A DNA stretch of 64,000 nucleotides. Origin: Octopus sinensis. Its lineage: Eukaryota. The notes under the pieces were generated by a model, which was not told where the DNA came from, ran no database searches, and saw only the letters and a program-made list of their open reading frames with translations. How positions within the stretch are numbered: position 1 is the first letter of the stretch; each line of letters begins with the position of its first letter. Made by a program: the position numbers and the translations under genes. This document shows positions 52,620 to 64,000 of this stretch, piece after piece. The stretch lies in NCBI RefSeq assembly GCF_006345805.1, contig NC_043002.1:99200001-99264000 (forward strand), read 5' to 3'.

Positions 52620-53800
52620 CGAGCAGGCTTCTCGCCTCAGCCAAACACCTGGACGGCGCGAAGTCGGGCCAATTTAGCATAAATCTGAAGGTATCTTCGG
52701 GAAAGGAGTCCATTATCCAGAACAGGTTGTTCTCCCTTATGACCTTCGCAGTTACCTGCGAAGGCCAGCCAGGGTCCGCCGTGCAGGAGAGAATCCCCTC
52801 CCATTGGGCCTTCGTTTTGAGCTTCTGGGACAAAGCCCACCACTGTCCCTCCCTTATGGAAGAGGGCCACAACTTCCTCATCCGCATCACGGGTGTGTGT
52901 GTGTACATTTTCCATCTTTGGTGGGAGTTGTGCCACCAAAGATGATTCGGTACACGGCGGCAGTGTGTTACCAACAGCCCGCAATATCCCATTTTTCTTT
53001 TTTTTTCTTTGAGTCACGGGAGGGTGGGATTCATCCGCCTTGTCCAGCAGATCCTTACTCCCTCCCGCAACCCTCGAATCCTTCAGTGAGCAACCATTGT
53101 TGCCCATCTTTCGTTTTATTCCTTTTTTCTAGGTTGCCACCTCCTCGAATTCCTCCTCTCCCTTCAATGAGGGTACTGGGAGCCGCATTTTTATCAACTG
53201 TTCCTGGACCTTATTTTGGTCCTTAGGAACAGGTGACACTTGGTGGGGTGCGTCCCACAAGCATCACCGGATACCTAGACCCGGCCATTCTTAAAAAATC
53301 TGGAACAACCAGATTTTCCGCTGATTGGGTCCGTAGGGTCAAAACAGCTTTTGACCCCTCCCAATCAGCCGCAGGCAAAATGTTCACATTATGTAACTTG
53401 GTACTGCTGCCACCCAAACTCCGGCGGATAGTAACCTATATCCACTCGGTCTCAATTCCGTGTGGCAAACCGCAGACCCAAGCCCTCGTCAACTTCTTCC
53501 CACAATAAGTGGGAAGGAACAAAATTTCCTTGCCCTCTAGGGGCTGGCTTGCGAATTCGCAAGCTTCTTCGGGGGAATCAAACAGCAACCATACCGTTGC
53601 ATATTTGACCCCCCGAGATATATATTTAGTAGCTGGCATATAATATACCAGCTCCTTTTCTTTCATTTTTTTTCTGGAAGACAGCTATGGTGCCGAGGGA
53701 CTTGGAGTAAGTCCTCAACACCACCGTCTTCTTTTCAAATCCTTCTAGCCATGTTTTGGGAGGTGTTATTTCCCATTGTGTGAATTTGTTTTTTGCTATG
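52620..53800 (-). mobile_element. L1/Tx1-like LINE ORF1 remnant (frameshifted)
   Basis: EKKTVVLRTY...YISRGVKYATVWLLFDSPEEA...LPTYCG...VCGLPHGI (RRM-like), then VPDFLRMAGSRYPVMLVGRTP.SVTC (Tx1-type GRxPxC knuckle lead-in, degenerate). Confidence 0.55.
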
Positions 53801-54361
53801 TGCAAAATTAAAAATATTATTACAGTCCACAAAAAGTTTAAAATAACAAAGAGAGAAAAACAAAAAGAAAGACTTAACAAAAAGAAGAAAAAATAAAAAT
53901 ATGCAGTTTAATACAGTTTTTCAAAAAATGACTGGCTTGAAATAATGCCACAAAATGGGACGGTCGGACAAGTTGTTTTGAGAAACTTTGGTTTAAATGT
54001 TTGACAACTCAGCACCGTCCATTTGAAGGGAGGCTCCGTTGTGAAATTGCATCTCATTGAAGAAACTCAGGGTTGTGGACCACGGGGAATTAGTATCGTT
54101 CAGGTTAGTGCCATCATTCATTAAATCTTCATCAAGGATTTCGTTGTAGTGTGAAGTAAATTTTGCGATGTTAATGAGTATGCCTTTATGAAATATCGTT
54201 AATGACAACTCATTACATATTCATTTATATACTGTGGTTATCTAGTCCGTGTAATGTTGGCAATTTGTAGGCATGGCACTTAGAACAGATGGTGAAATCT
54301 TCATTTAAAATATTCCACACCCTGAAAATAAAAAAAAAATTATATTCATTGACATATATTA

Positions 54362-54770
54362 GGCGCAGGAATGGCTGTGTGGTAAGTAGCTTGCTAACCA
54401 ACCACATGGTTCCGGGTTCAGTCCCACTGCGTGGCATATTGGGCAAGTGTCTTCTGCTATAGCCCCGGGCCGACCAATGCCTTGTGAGTGGATTTGGTAG
54501 ACGGAAACTGAAAGAAGCCTGTCGTATATATGTATATATATATATGTGTGTGTTTGTGTGTCTGTGTTTGTCCCCCTAGCATCGCTTGACAACCGATGCT
54601 GGTGTGTTTACATCCCCGTCACTTAGCGGTTCGGCAAAAAATAGACCAATAGAATAAGTACTGGGCTTACAAAGAATAAGTCCCGGGGTCGAGTTGCTCG
54701 ATTAAAGGCGGTGCTCCAGCATGGCTGCAGTCAAATGACTGAAACAAATAAAAGAGAAAGAGAAAGAGAA
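54362..54770 (+). mobile_element. CORE-like SINE with RTE-like tail, full length
   Basis: ggcgcaggaatggctgtgtggtaag...gcagtcaaatgactgaaacaaataaaagagaaagag. Confidence 0.92.
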
Positions 54771-55334
54771 TATGAATAGCTACACTCGTATGCGTGTGCG
54801 ATCGTGTTTTTAAAAAAAATAAAACACGTAGTCAGCAATTCTAAGTTACCTAAACTTCGGTTTCCAATATGAAGCTGTTTACCATAAAAAAAAAACTGGA
54901 AAGAAAATATCGGAGACAGATTGTATAAACTAGTATTTATTAGTTTTCTGACTATATTTTCCTTGTCAACATGCTTCTTGTTTTCTTCCTACTGAAGACT
55001 CTTCAAGTATTCAATTTTCCTATTTTAACATTGTCTTCAATCATAAGGATTCAGGTGAATGTTTTCTTTGTATGAATTCACATACTTATATTGAGAAGAT
55101 TAAACGTCACTACACAAGAAACGGTTGCATAAGGCTTCAGATATCCGTGTTTCTCCCTCTCTCTGTCCCACCTCTCTCTCTCTGCATGTACATACATACG
55201 TACGCACGCACGCATGCATGCATACATGCATGCATGCATACATGCATGCATGTATGTATGTATGTATGTATGTATGTATGTATGTATGTATGAATGCGTT
55301 TGCTTTTGTATGTATTTGCTTATTTTCATGCATG

Positions 55335-55865
55335 CGTGTATGTATGCATGTATGTATGTCTGAATCTATGCATGTATTCAGTTGGGAAGGAACTTGTGTT
55401 GCATTTTAAGATGAGAAACATGCAACTGCGTCTTTTGTCTAGAATGCTATATTTATTGATAAAATAATCCCATCTATTTGGGAAACATTCGGTAGCAAGA
55501 CTACGCTCCAGCGAGGAACAGAATGCAACTCTTTGATTGAGTTGAGAAGCAGTCGTATGATAAAGAATGCAATGACCAAATTTACTGACTATTCGTAGGT
55601 CATTAAGGAGTTTTATGATCGAAACATGACTTGAATTGAACACTTTCGAAAACTCTCAATGAGTATGCTTTGCATTTTCATCAAGCTCGGTTTCAGAAGC
55701 CCAATATTGAAACTAAATTTTCGTTCAGATGGAGGAAAATCCACTCGAGAAACATTTCCCGAGCAAAACCGGCCAGATCATGGTTGGCATCACCTAACAC
55801 AGCGAATGATTCATACCACTTCCATTGATGAAGTGTCCCTTTTGAATTTATGCACCATGCACTGT
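55335..55865 (-). mobile_element. Degenerate Tc1/mariner transposase remnant
   Basis: GRFCSGNVSRVDFPPSERKFSFN..LLK (cf. RFRSG..SLED.PRSGRP) and LRIVSKFGHCILYHTTASQLNQRVAFCSSL (cf. VSK.GKWVPH.LT..Q...RV..CSSL). Confidence 0.6.
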
Positions 55866-55866
55866 C

Positions 55867-57833
55867 TGCGTCCCTAGACAAATGTGACCCTGGACAAATG
55901 GTAATTTTTATCATAAAAAAATGTTTTACGTTTCCTTTTTTTTAATGCATTTATTTTTTCCGAAGTATACTTTCCAATACTTGCTCGTTATATCTCGTTA
56001 ATCAAATTGTTAGTAACCATAATAATCGTACGCCAACACAAAAGGTATAGTCTTCTTTTTTAAAGCAGAAGAAATTTAAGCTAGCAATATTATTTAATTC
56101 GAGCAGTGCCAACTGTAAACGTCTAATACAATCTGGATTTAATGATTCAAAGTTTTATTTGAAATCCATGGCTAAGTTTAGAAAATCTAACACTGTTGGA
56201 AATATATTTGTTGACGACGAAAATTACAGCTGCCACTATCATAAGTAAAACGCCGATGAAACAAAGAACATACTGGAGATGTGTAGAGCAATCTTCCAAA
56301 GCAAGAATAGATTCAGTCAATGATTCAGTCACGACACAGATTAATGCACATAACCATGGAATTTCAGCTGCTAAAGTTAGAGCACAAGGATTTATGTCCG
56401 AGTTAAAAACTACCTCAATTTCAGTATGCGAACCAGCAAGACGTCTTATTGGAGCTACGATCGCTAATGAAGATCAGTTTTCAATTACTCACATGCTCTC
56501 TTTATCAACAATGCGAAGAAATGTATATCGATGGAGACAAAAAGCACAAAACGCACTACCAATTCTACAGCAAAGGAATAATTTAGAGATACTGGAATCC
56601 TACTGTTTGCTTGCAACTAGAGAGAAGTTCCTCGCATTTCATTCTGGTGTCGATGTCGAGAATAATATACTAATATTTGCGACGGAAGGTGGTTTAGAAG
56701 ATTTCATAAATTTTCCTAACTGGGAAGCGGATGGCACCTTTAAAGTTAGTCCATCAATATATTATGGACTTTATTGTATCCATATCCAAGAAAGTACATT
56801 TAGTATTGCGCTTCTTTAGGGTAAGCATATGTTCGTCAATTCACATATTTGTTGCAACTCAAACCGCAACTTAATCCAAAATCTTTGTTGACAGACTTTG
56901 AAATAGGATCTCAGAAAGGTTTTCTAGAAAAGTTGCCAGAAGTAACAAGTTCATATCGCTTTAATTTATCTAAGTCTATTTTCAATTTGTGACCTAGCAT
57001 TAAGACAACGGTAGATAGAAGAAGTATTCAACTTGAACATTAGATGTTTTTCCGCATTATCATTTCTTCTTTTAATTGACGTTGTCGACGGTTTTATTGA
57101 CTTGTTCGATGACTGTGATTTGCCTCCAGAATCTACCGCCTTAATTTGAAATGACATACATTGGCCAAGCAAAAGGCCGGAGAGGGATAAGGATGGGATC
57201 AACTTTTTCTATCGAATCTTGAAATGTTCCAGAAAGGGTTATAAATCAGTTGCCTAGATCTAATAACAGCTTAGAGGGATTGCACAATACTTTGCAACAT
57301 TCATAATCGTGCCAACACCCCTCTAAATGGAAACTGATTGAGACACTGAAAAAGGAGGAGACTATTGCTTTAAAGAAAAAAAAGAGGAATTCTAGTACGG
57401 CAACAAATTAAAACTGCAACTAAGAGAATCATGGCGTTATTAGATAAATATACTCCTGAAAACAACATAAATTTCTTGAAAGGAATGGCTCACAACTTTC
57501 AGACCTTTTGATTTATTTGTGAAACTTCAATAATTTTTAAATCTTGAAATATCTTTTCATATTTTAAATCTATTTTCGTTTTTTAAACAAAAATGAACTT
57601 GTAAATTTTAAACTCTTTTATTTCTCTTATTTCTTTTTAAATTATTTATTATTACCTATTCTCTTTGATAATCAACTGTTCCAAATAAACAAAAAATACA
57701 CCTGAAAAAAATCAATAAAATTTCAAAATAATACAGGGACACAATTGTCCAGGGACGTATTTGTCTAGGGACGCAATTGACTTGTATGCAATCGTCTAGG
57801 GATGCAAACGTCTAGTACGCAGCTGTCCTAGAA

Positions 57834-57835
<2 letters not shown>
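55867..57835 (+). mobile_element. Mutator-like (MULE) DNA transposon with FLYWCH domain; left TIR truncated
   Basis: YWRC...R...H.H (FLYWCH), ADGTFK, LTDFE and RSNNSLEGLHNTL...HPSKWKLIETLKKE. 55867-55897 is inverted to 57745-57775; the right TIR has gtctaggga subrepeats and ends agaacc. Confidence 0.88.
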
Positions 57836-57873
<38 letters not shown>

Positions 57874-58145
57874 AAATTCTTGCAAATGAATACTTTATAC
57901 AACAGTTAGTTACTATTTATTAAAAAAGAATTAAAAATAGAATGACGCGAAACTTTGGGATTTTCTGTTATGTATATTTGGTGCACAAGCCACTTCATTG
58001 ATGAACTTTAATATGAAAATACCTCAATATCAAACGGACATATTTTCCCTCTCATCAACTCTTTTTACACTCATTCAGGTTGAATATAGATAAAATATCC
58101 ATACGTCTATGCGTGTATGCGAGTGCCTTTGAGTATTTGTGCATA

Positions 58146-58216
<71 letters not shown>

Positions 58217-58310
58217 ATTTTTCTCTGTTTTTGGTCATTCTCGAATTAGATGGACATTTAGCGGTACGTAAGCCGACTCAAGTGAGGCATATAGTGAGGC
58301 ATTTATTGTT

Positions 58311-58350
58311 GTACCCAAAGAGACACAGAACGGGTCGAAACATGTTGTAC
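58311..58350 (+). ncRNA. Degenerate hammerhead-like motif (PLE type)
   Basis: gtac-CCAAAGA-GAC(acagaacgg)GTC-GAAA-catg-TT-gtac, with palindromic ACATGT stem III and G5 mutated. Followed by aataaa. Confidence 0.45.
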
Positions 58351-58892
58351 CCAATAAAGACTATTACATATTCCATCCCCTATTTTATTAATACTGTTAC
58401 TCCAGACGCCACTACGAAGTACCGGCAATAAATCTCCGGATAACAACGCGTGCGTATATGTGTGTGTGTACGTATGGCTATTGTTTTAAATATCGATGGA
58501 AATTACGATTCCATTTCCAAATAATGGACGAATTTGATAAAATAGGATTAATTCTTTGTATTACGAATTATTTTAGATACGAAACAAGATACACTGAAAC
58601 ATTTATCATGGCTATTGATCTGAAGAATTTTATTGAACAATAAACAGCGATACTTTAGATGCTGGTAGTGAGATATTTATCTTCGACCTACAGAAGAATT
58701 CCATCATTTACTCTTCAAGATTCCTAAGATTTTTTTTCGATTTGTGAAGATTTGCCGTAACCAATCTCCAGGATACAACACTTGCTAAATATATTAGTAT
58801 ATACATTTTTGTATAATAACAACAGCAACAAGAACAATAACAAAAACAATAACAACAATAATAATGATAATATGATGATGATAATAATAATA

Positions 58893-59042
58893 ATACAGAA
58901 AATTGCACTACTGCACACATCCTACGCAGAACACTTTCAATACAGTAACCATCAGAGCATCACAACAAATCACAGCACATACCCAAGGTACACAGAGCTG
59001 CGCTCGGTAGTTAAGTGAAAGCACGTTATAAAAATAAAACTA

Positions 59043-59045
<3 letters not shown>
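58893..59045 (+). mobile_element. R4/Dong-like family A, short 3' fragment
   Basis: atacagaaaattgcacta...cctacgcagaacactttcaatacagtaa plus the family A 3' UTR, then (TAA)n. Confidence 0.88.
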
Positions 59046-59120
<75 letters not shown>

Positions 59121-59122
59121 TT

Positions 59123-61224
59123 CACTGGGGAACAGGGTTTTTGTTGTCTGATGTTGGAGACATGTTTCCTACTAATTCGGTGGTGGGGGTGTCTGATATT
59201 AAAAATGAAATCCATTTTGTTTTAACACGTCAAGATTTTTCACAAACTGAGATGTCGATTTTTCAACATTTCTGGTATTGACACCATTTCTAAGGATAGA
59301 TTTGACTTCATCAGATGCGAACCCATGGATGGAGTCTGACATAACTTTGAAAACATAGTTTTTCAATGCCATTTCAAGTAAATACAACTACGAAAGTGAA
59401 AACAAATGTTATTACTTAGATATCTTTAGTAGATACATAGTATCAAACTTGAGCAACTTTCAGTATTTTCAACTTAACCAGTTTCAAATGTTATGATGAT
59501 GAGAGAAACGTCCTTTATACAATTACATGTTAAGAAACAACATATTTTTGTGGCCCTTGACACCATACGTCTCATATTTGCGGAATTTATCTGCAAATTT
59601 GCCCATGCTTTGCTTAATTTAGTGTGACTATCATTGCAAACTAGATGAGACATGTTTTGTTGAACTTTTAACTGTCTCTTATAAAAATTGGTATTTACAA
59701 TGTGCCCTTAAAGTTTTGATTGTGAGGTCACATTGGTTAAGTTCACTTTTAGTTTAGCATGGTCAAAGAACTGCAAAAGGAACTTCATGATATGCATGCT
59801 ATTTATAGCACTTTGTCATCACAAATCTGCATTTGCTTATTTTATAACTGTTGAATATTCTGAAAATGCTTTCCCAGCTGACAACTGGATTGAACATGTT
59901 TTGTATTCCAGAAATATGGCCAGTTGTGAGAGAACGGAATGTAAAAACAGTCGTGATGTCTTTTGCTTATTTTGGATTAGGCAGTGAAACAAAATCACAG
60001 ATTTTGTGAAGAAAGCTTACCTTACTTCCTAACTTACTTTAGCATGAAGCTGGGTGACAAGACAATGCTTTGGCATCATCCCATTTAGGGTGCAAAACAT
60101 GTGCTGAAACATTGAGACAATGTCTTCTTCAAGTACACAAGCAGAAAGTTTCCAGTTTTGTCTTCTGAGAAAAATAAGGGTGAAGTGTTTGATGGGCTAC
60201 ATATTAGGTGACTATCGCAGGAGTGGAGGCACATGACCTAGTGGTTAGAGCAGCGGACTCGCGGTCGTGGGATAGCGGGTTCGAATCTCAGACCGGCCGA
60301 TGTGTGTGTTTATGAGCGAAACACCTAAGCTCCACGCAAATCCGACAGAAGCTAATAGCGAACTTCTGCTGACTCTTTCACCACAAGTTTCTGTCACTCT
60401 TTCCTCCTGCATCTTGCAGCTCACCTACGACGGACCGGCGTCCCGTCCATGTTGAGGATCTATACGCCAAGGAAACCGGGAAACCGGCCCTTATGAGCCA
60501 GGCGTGGCTCGAGAAAAAACAAAACCAACAAACTGTCGCAGGACGAGCTATAATTGGAGATCATGTCTGGCGTTGAAAAAGAAGCATGGCATGCTTTTGT
60601 TGCGGTTGTATCTGATTTCCTGAGGAACAGGAAGCTATCAAATTATGAAGATATTGTGCAGAGCCTGTTAACCAGTTTTCGAGCGCTGAGCTGCAACATG
60701 ACTGTAAATGTACATTTTCTGATCAGTCATCCGGACTACTTCCTTGAATATCCTAAGGCAATAGTGATGAGCAAGGAAAACGATTCCATCAAGACATCGA
60801 GAAAGTGGGGATTAGGTGTCAAGGCAGGTGGAAAACCAACATGGTGCTGTGTACAGCTGATCACTGCAAAGAGACTGTCATGATGCAATTTATTCACATG
60901 AAGCAACAAAGGGAAAGTTCGTCCCTTCAGTAGTTCAAACTCCAATTTGTCGGAAATATCTATTCTAAGATGTGTAATGCAACATTTTCTGTAATATATC
61001 TGTTAAACAATAAAAAGTACTATTTGGTTTGTGTTAGTTTTTTTTCAGTCTTGCATTTAATGACATAATTGACATTTTGGTACAAAAATGAATTACTGTT
61101 CAACAAAAAACTTGACGTAATAGAAAATTTTCGCGGGCATTTCTGAACCCCTCGCCATCAAATAAGGTAGGATTAATTGTAAAAAGCAAGCCAACTAAAA
61201 TTGTTTTTGAAATGTTCCCCAGTG
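59123..61224 (+). mobile_element. Chapaev3-like (CMC/Transib-related) DNA transposon, internally deleted
   Basis: Termini CACTGGGGAACA (59123) and TGTTCCCCAGTG (61213-61224). N-terminal CKNSRDVFC...ITDFVKKAY...MKLGD...CKTCAETLRQ. C-terminal EKEAWHAFVAVVSDFL.N....NYEDIVQSLL..F..L.CNMTVNVHFLISH.DYF. Confidence 0.75.
60223..60531 (+). mobile_element. tRNA-derived SINE (third family) inserted into the Chapaev-like transposase
   Basis: 12-bp TSD actatcgcagga (60211-60222) / actgtcgcagga (60532-60543). A/B boxes cctagtggttag and gggttcgaatc. Confidence 0.9.
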
Positions 61225-61229
61225 TAATC

Positions 61230-61688
61230 TGGGCTACAGCAAATATTCTGCTCAACACAACCGATTTGTAGTAAAATCCTTTGACCGTAACCAGTTGAGC
61301 ATGTCCCTTAGTGACTGACGATACGTGCGTCTCTGATCATGAGCAGAATCAGTGGGAGAGCATCATAGCTATATGTTGAGAGGAATTCTATGGGGTTTGA
61401 ATAATTTACCTCTGAAAACAGAACAGTTTTCGTTCAACATCATTAAACAAACGTATTCTGGGTCTTTTTGAGCGGAATGAGCCACTCAACTTGAAGAAAA
61501 TTTTAACCGGACCCTACATGCAAAGTCATGTGCTATTTATCTTGGTAGGAGATCACCATGTCGCGGACATATGGTTGTGACGCATGTAACTGGTGTACTT
61601 TTATCAGTCAGATAGTGATGATGGGTATACCGGGCTTCGTATATTTTACCCCAGTGTCACATTGATGGCATGCACTGCTCTCTCACTC
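61230..61688 (+). mobile_element. Element E, copy 5 (one end missing)
   Basis: Reverse complement of copies 1-4. Ends gcactgctctctcactc-(aat)n. Confidence 0.88.
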
Positions 61689-61762
<74 letters not shown>

Positions 61763-61823
61763 CAATAATAATAATAATGATAATAATAATAATAATAATT
61801 ATAATAATAATAATAATAATAAT

Positions 61824-62338
61824 AACCAGAATGTGGAATCTAAAAACAGAAACAATTCCTATCATAGTAGGTGCATTAGGCATGATAAAAAAATATTCAG
61901 ACAAATACATTACAAAAACACCAAGACTTACAAACACATATAACATACAGAAAATTGCATTACTAGGCACTGCACACATCCTACGCAGAACACTTTCAAT
62001 ACAGTAACCATCAGAGCATCACAACAAATTACGGCACATACCCAAGGCACACAGAGCTGCGCTCGGTAGTGAAGTGAAAACACGCTATAGAAATAAAACT
62101 ACTGAATAATAATAATAAAATGATAACAAAATGATAAAATAATAATAATAACAAAAACACTAGGACTTACAAACACATAACATACAGAAAATTGCATTAC
62201 TAGGCACTGCACACATCCTACGCAGAACACTTTCAATACAGTAACCATCAGAGCATCACAACAAATCACAGCACCTATCCAAGGTACACAGAGCTGCGCT
62301 CGGTAGTGAAGTGAAAGCATGCTATAGAAATAAAACTA

Positions 62339-62341
<3 letters not shown>
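61824..62341 (+). mobile_element. Two tandem R4/Dong-like family A 3' fragments (61824-62104 and 62148-62341)
   Basis: TRMWNLKTETIPIIVGALGMI...LRRTLSIQ* plus UTR twice, with different 5' truncation points. Confidence 0.9.
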
Positions 62342-62420
<79 letters not shown>

Positions 62421-62434
62421 TAATAATAATAATA

Positions 62435-62679
62435 ATGGCAGAAATTCAAAAGATAGTGCTCATGGGAACTGCTCATATCCTACGCAAAATATTTTCTATG
62501 TAATCTCAAGCTTTAAAACAAACATTTTTTTTAGACATCCACCAGTACAACACAAAAAACAACCAAATATATGGCACACTAGTCATAACAACAAAGTGAA
62601 CTTCCAACCTGTTGTCTCCTGAGGTTTCTGGGTGAGACTTGGGGCCAACTTGTACAAATATAAAGCAAAAGTCAAACAT
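62435..62679 (+). mobile_element. R4/Dong-like family B 3' fragment
   Basis: Closely matches the 3' portion of 7891-8265 but has a shorter 5' end; (TAA)n on both sides. Confidence 0.9.
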
Positions 62680-62690
62680 ATAATAATGAC

Positions 62691-62764
<74 letters not shown>

Positions 62765-62772
62765 TAGTAGTA

Positions 62773-62816
<44 letters not shown>

Positions 62817-63170
62817 TTCTCCTACAGGCACAAGGTCTGAATTTTGGAAGAGGAGATAGTCGATTACATCGACCTCGGTATACAGCTGGTACTTACATTA
62901 TCGACCACCGAAAGATTGATAGGCAGTGTCGATTTAGACAGAATTTGAACTCAACATCTAAAGACAGACTAAATGCCGCAAATTGTAGCACATGACCAGC
63001 AAGCTCAGGGGAGAGGGTAAGTCGATTACATCGACCCCAGTGTCCAACTGGTTTTTATTTTGTCGATCTCGAAAGGGCGGAAGGGAAAGTTTAGACTCAA
63101 GACGTTAAGACTGACGAAGTGCCGCTGAACACTATGTCACCGGGGAAAGAGTCTGCCTTCTCGCCGCCGC
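62817..63170 (-). mobile_element. Two diverged tRNA-derived SINE copies; the first one's (ATT)n tail is the adjacent TAA array
   Basis: ttctcctacaggcacaaggtctgaattttgg...gtcgattacatcgacc, and a second gtcgattacatcgaccccagtg at ~63021. Confidence 0.75.
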
Positions 63171-63664
63171 TTTTATTACCATAATGATATATGACATTGA
63201 TTTGAGCATAAGCAATTTGAATAAGAATGAAATTATATGGTATTTTTTAAAGATGGTAATAAATAAACCATTACAGATTCCCGTTTCATACGGAAAGTAC
63301 GGTGTCTTATTTCTAAAGTATTAATCTTAAACACATCGAACATACTATAAGCTCAACATAATACACGAATATCGAAGGTATTATTTCTCACGTGCTATAG
63401 TCTGAGATATTTGATAACAATTCCGTTGAAGACTTTCCATTATACTTTCGACTTTGATATTCCTTTAAAATAAGAGCCAAAAAGCCATTTAACTCATTGC
63501 TCTAATGTAATTCTTATCGCAATCCTGACAACACAATGATCTCGTCATGTTTGAGACAAGCTTAATTTGAGCAAATCCCATGGATTATTTTTTATGCTTT
63601 TTTTATTATAGATCAAAAGCACAAACGTACGTCTACATTCTTTTGATGTACACTAAGGATCTAG

Positions 63665-63678
63665 CATATATGTATATG

Positions 63679-63726
<48 letters not shown>

Positions 63727-63727
63727 A

Positions 63728-63759
<32 letters not shown>

Positions 63760-63793
63760 GTATATATATGTATATATATATACTATATATATA

Positions 63794-63848
<55 letters not shown>

Positions 63849-63858
63849 TATATATATA

Positions 63859-63899
<41 letters not shown>

Positions 63900-63918
63900 T
63901 ATATATATATATATATAT
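63665..63918. repeat. (TA)n microsatellite, imperfect
   Basis: About 250 bp of TA repeat. Confidence 0.95.
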
Positions 63919-64000
63919 GAATAAAAAATGGAGTTAACGCAGGTGTAATCGAATATATTTACTTTCGACACATGTTTCGAAAATTCCACTGATATTTTTT

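Noticed and set aside
54362-54440. tRNA genes at SINE heads
   Set aside because: A/B boxes are present but there is no complete cloverleaf, and each continues into a SINE body.

Overview
AT-rich, repeat-dense animal DNA. The SINE and LINE families and the heavy (TA)n/(CA)n/(TAGA)n/(CATA)n/(TAA)n load point to an octopod cephalopod genome; this is inferred from repeat families I recognise, not from a database hit. I found no host protein-coding gene, real tRNA/rRNA gene or CRISPR array, and most listed ORFs are translated microsatellites. Supported content: (1) three CR1-type LINE RT fragments; (2) an RTE 3' end with three C2H2 fingers; (3) L1/Tx1-like ORF1 and ORF2 C-terminal fragments; (4) nine fragments of four R4/Dong-like RLE retrotransposon families, all in (TAA)n arrays with the same strand polarity; (5) five copies of a ~560-bp non-coding element confined to the same arrays; (6) Penelope-like (GIY-YIG) remnants with many minimal hammerhead-like motifs and fold-back palindromes; (7) about 30 tRNA-derived SINEs of about four families; (8) DNA transposon remnants (FLYWCH-MULE, mariner, Chapaev3-like, and a HINE/Helentron-like element); (9) a ~665-bp tandem duplication. 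The best candidate for an undescribed system is a (TAA)n-centred retroelement ecosystem: SINE tails seed the target, and several Dong families plus an orphan non-coding element keep inserting there. Second is the set of PLE hammerhead variants with a CCGA core, one with a possible alternative fold. Coordinates were counted by eye and element ends may be off by a few to tens of bases.
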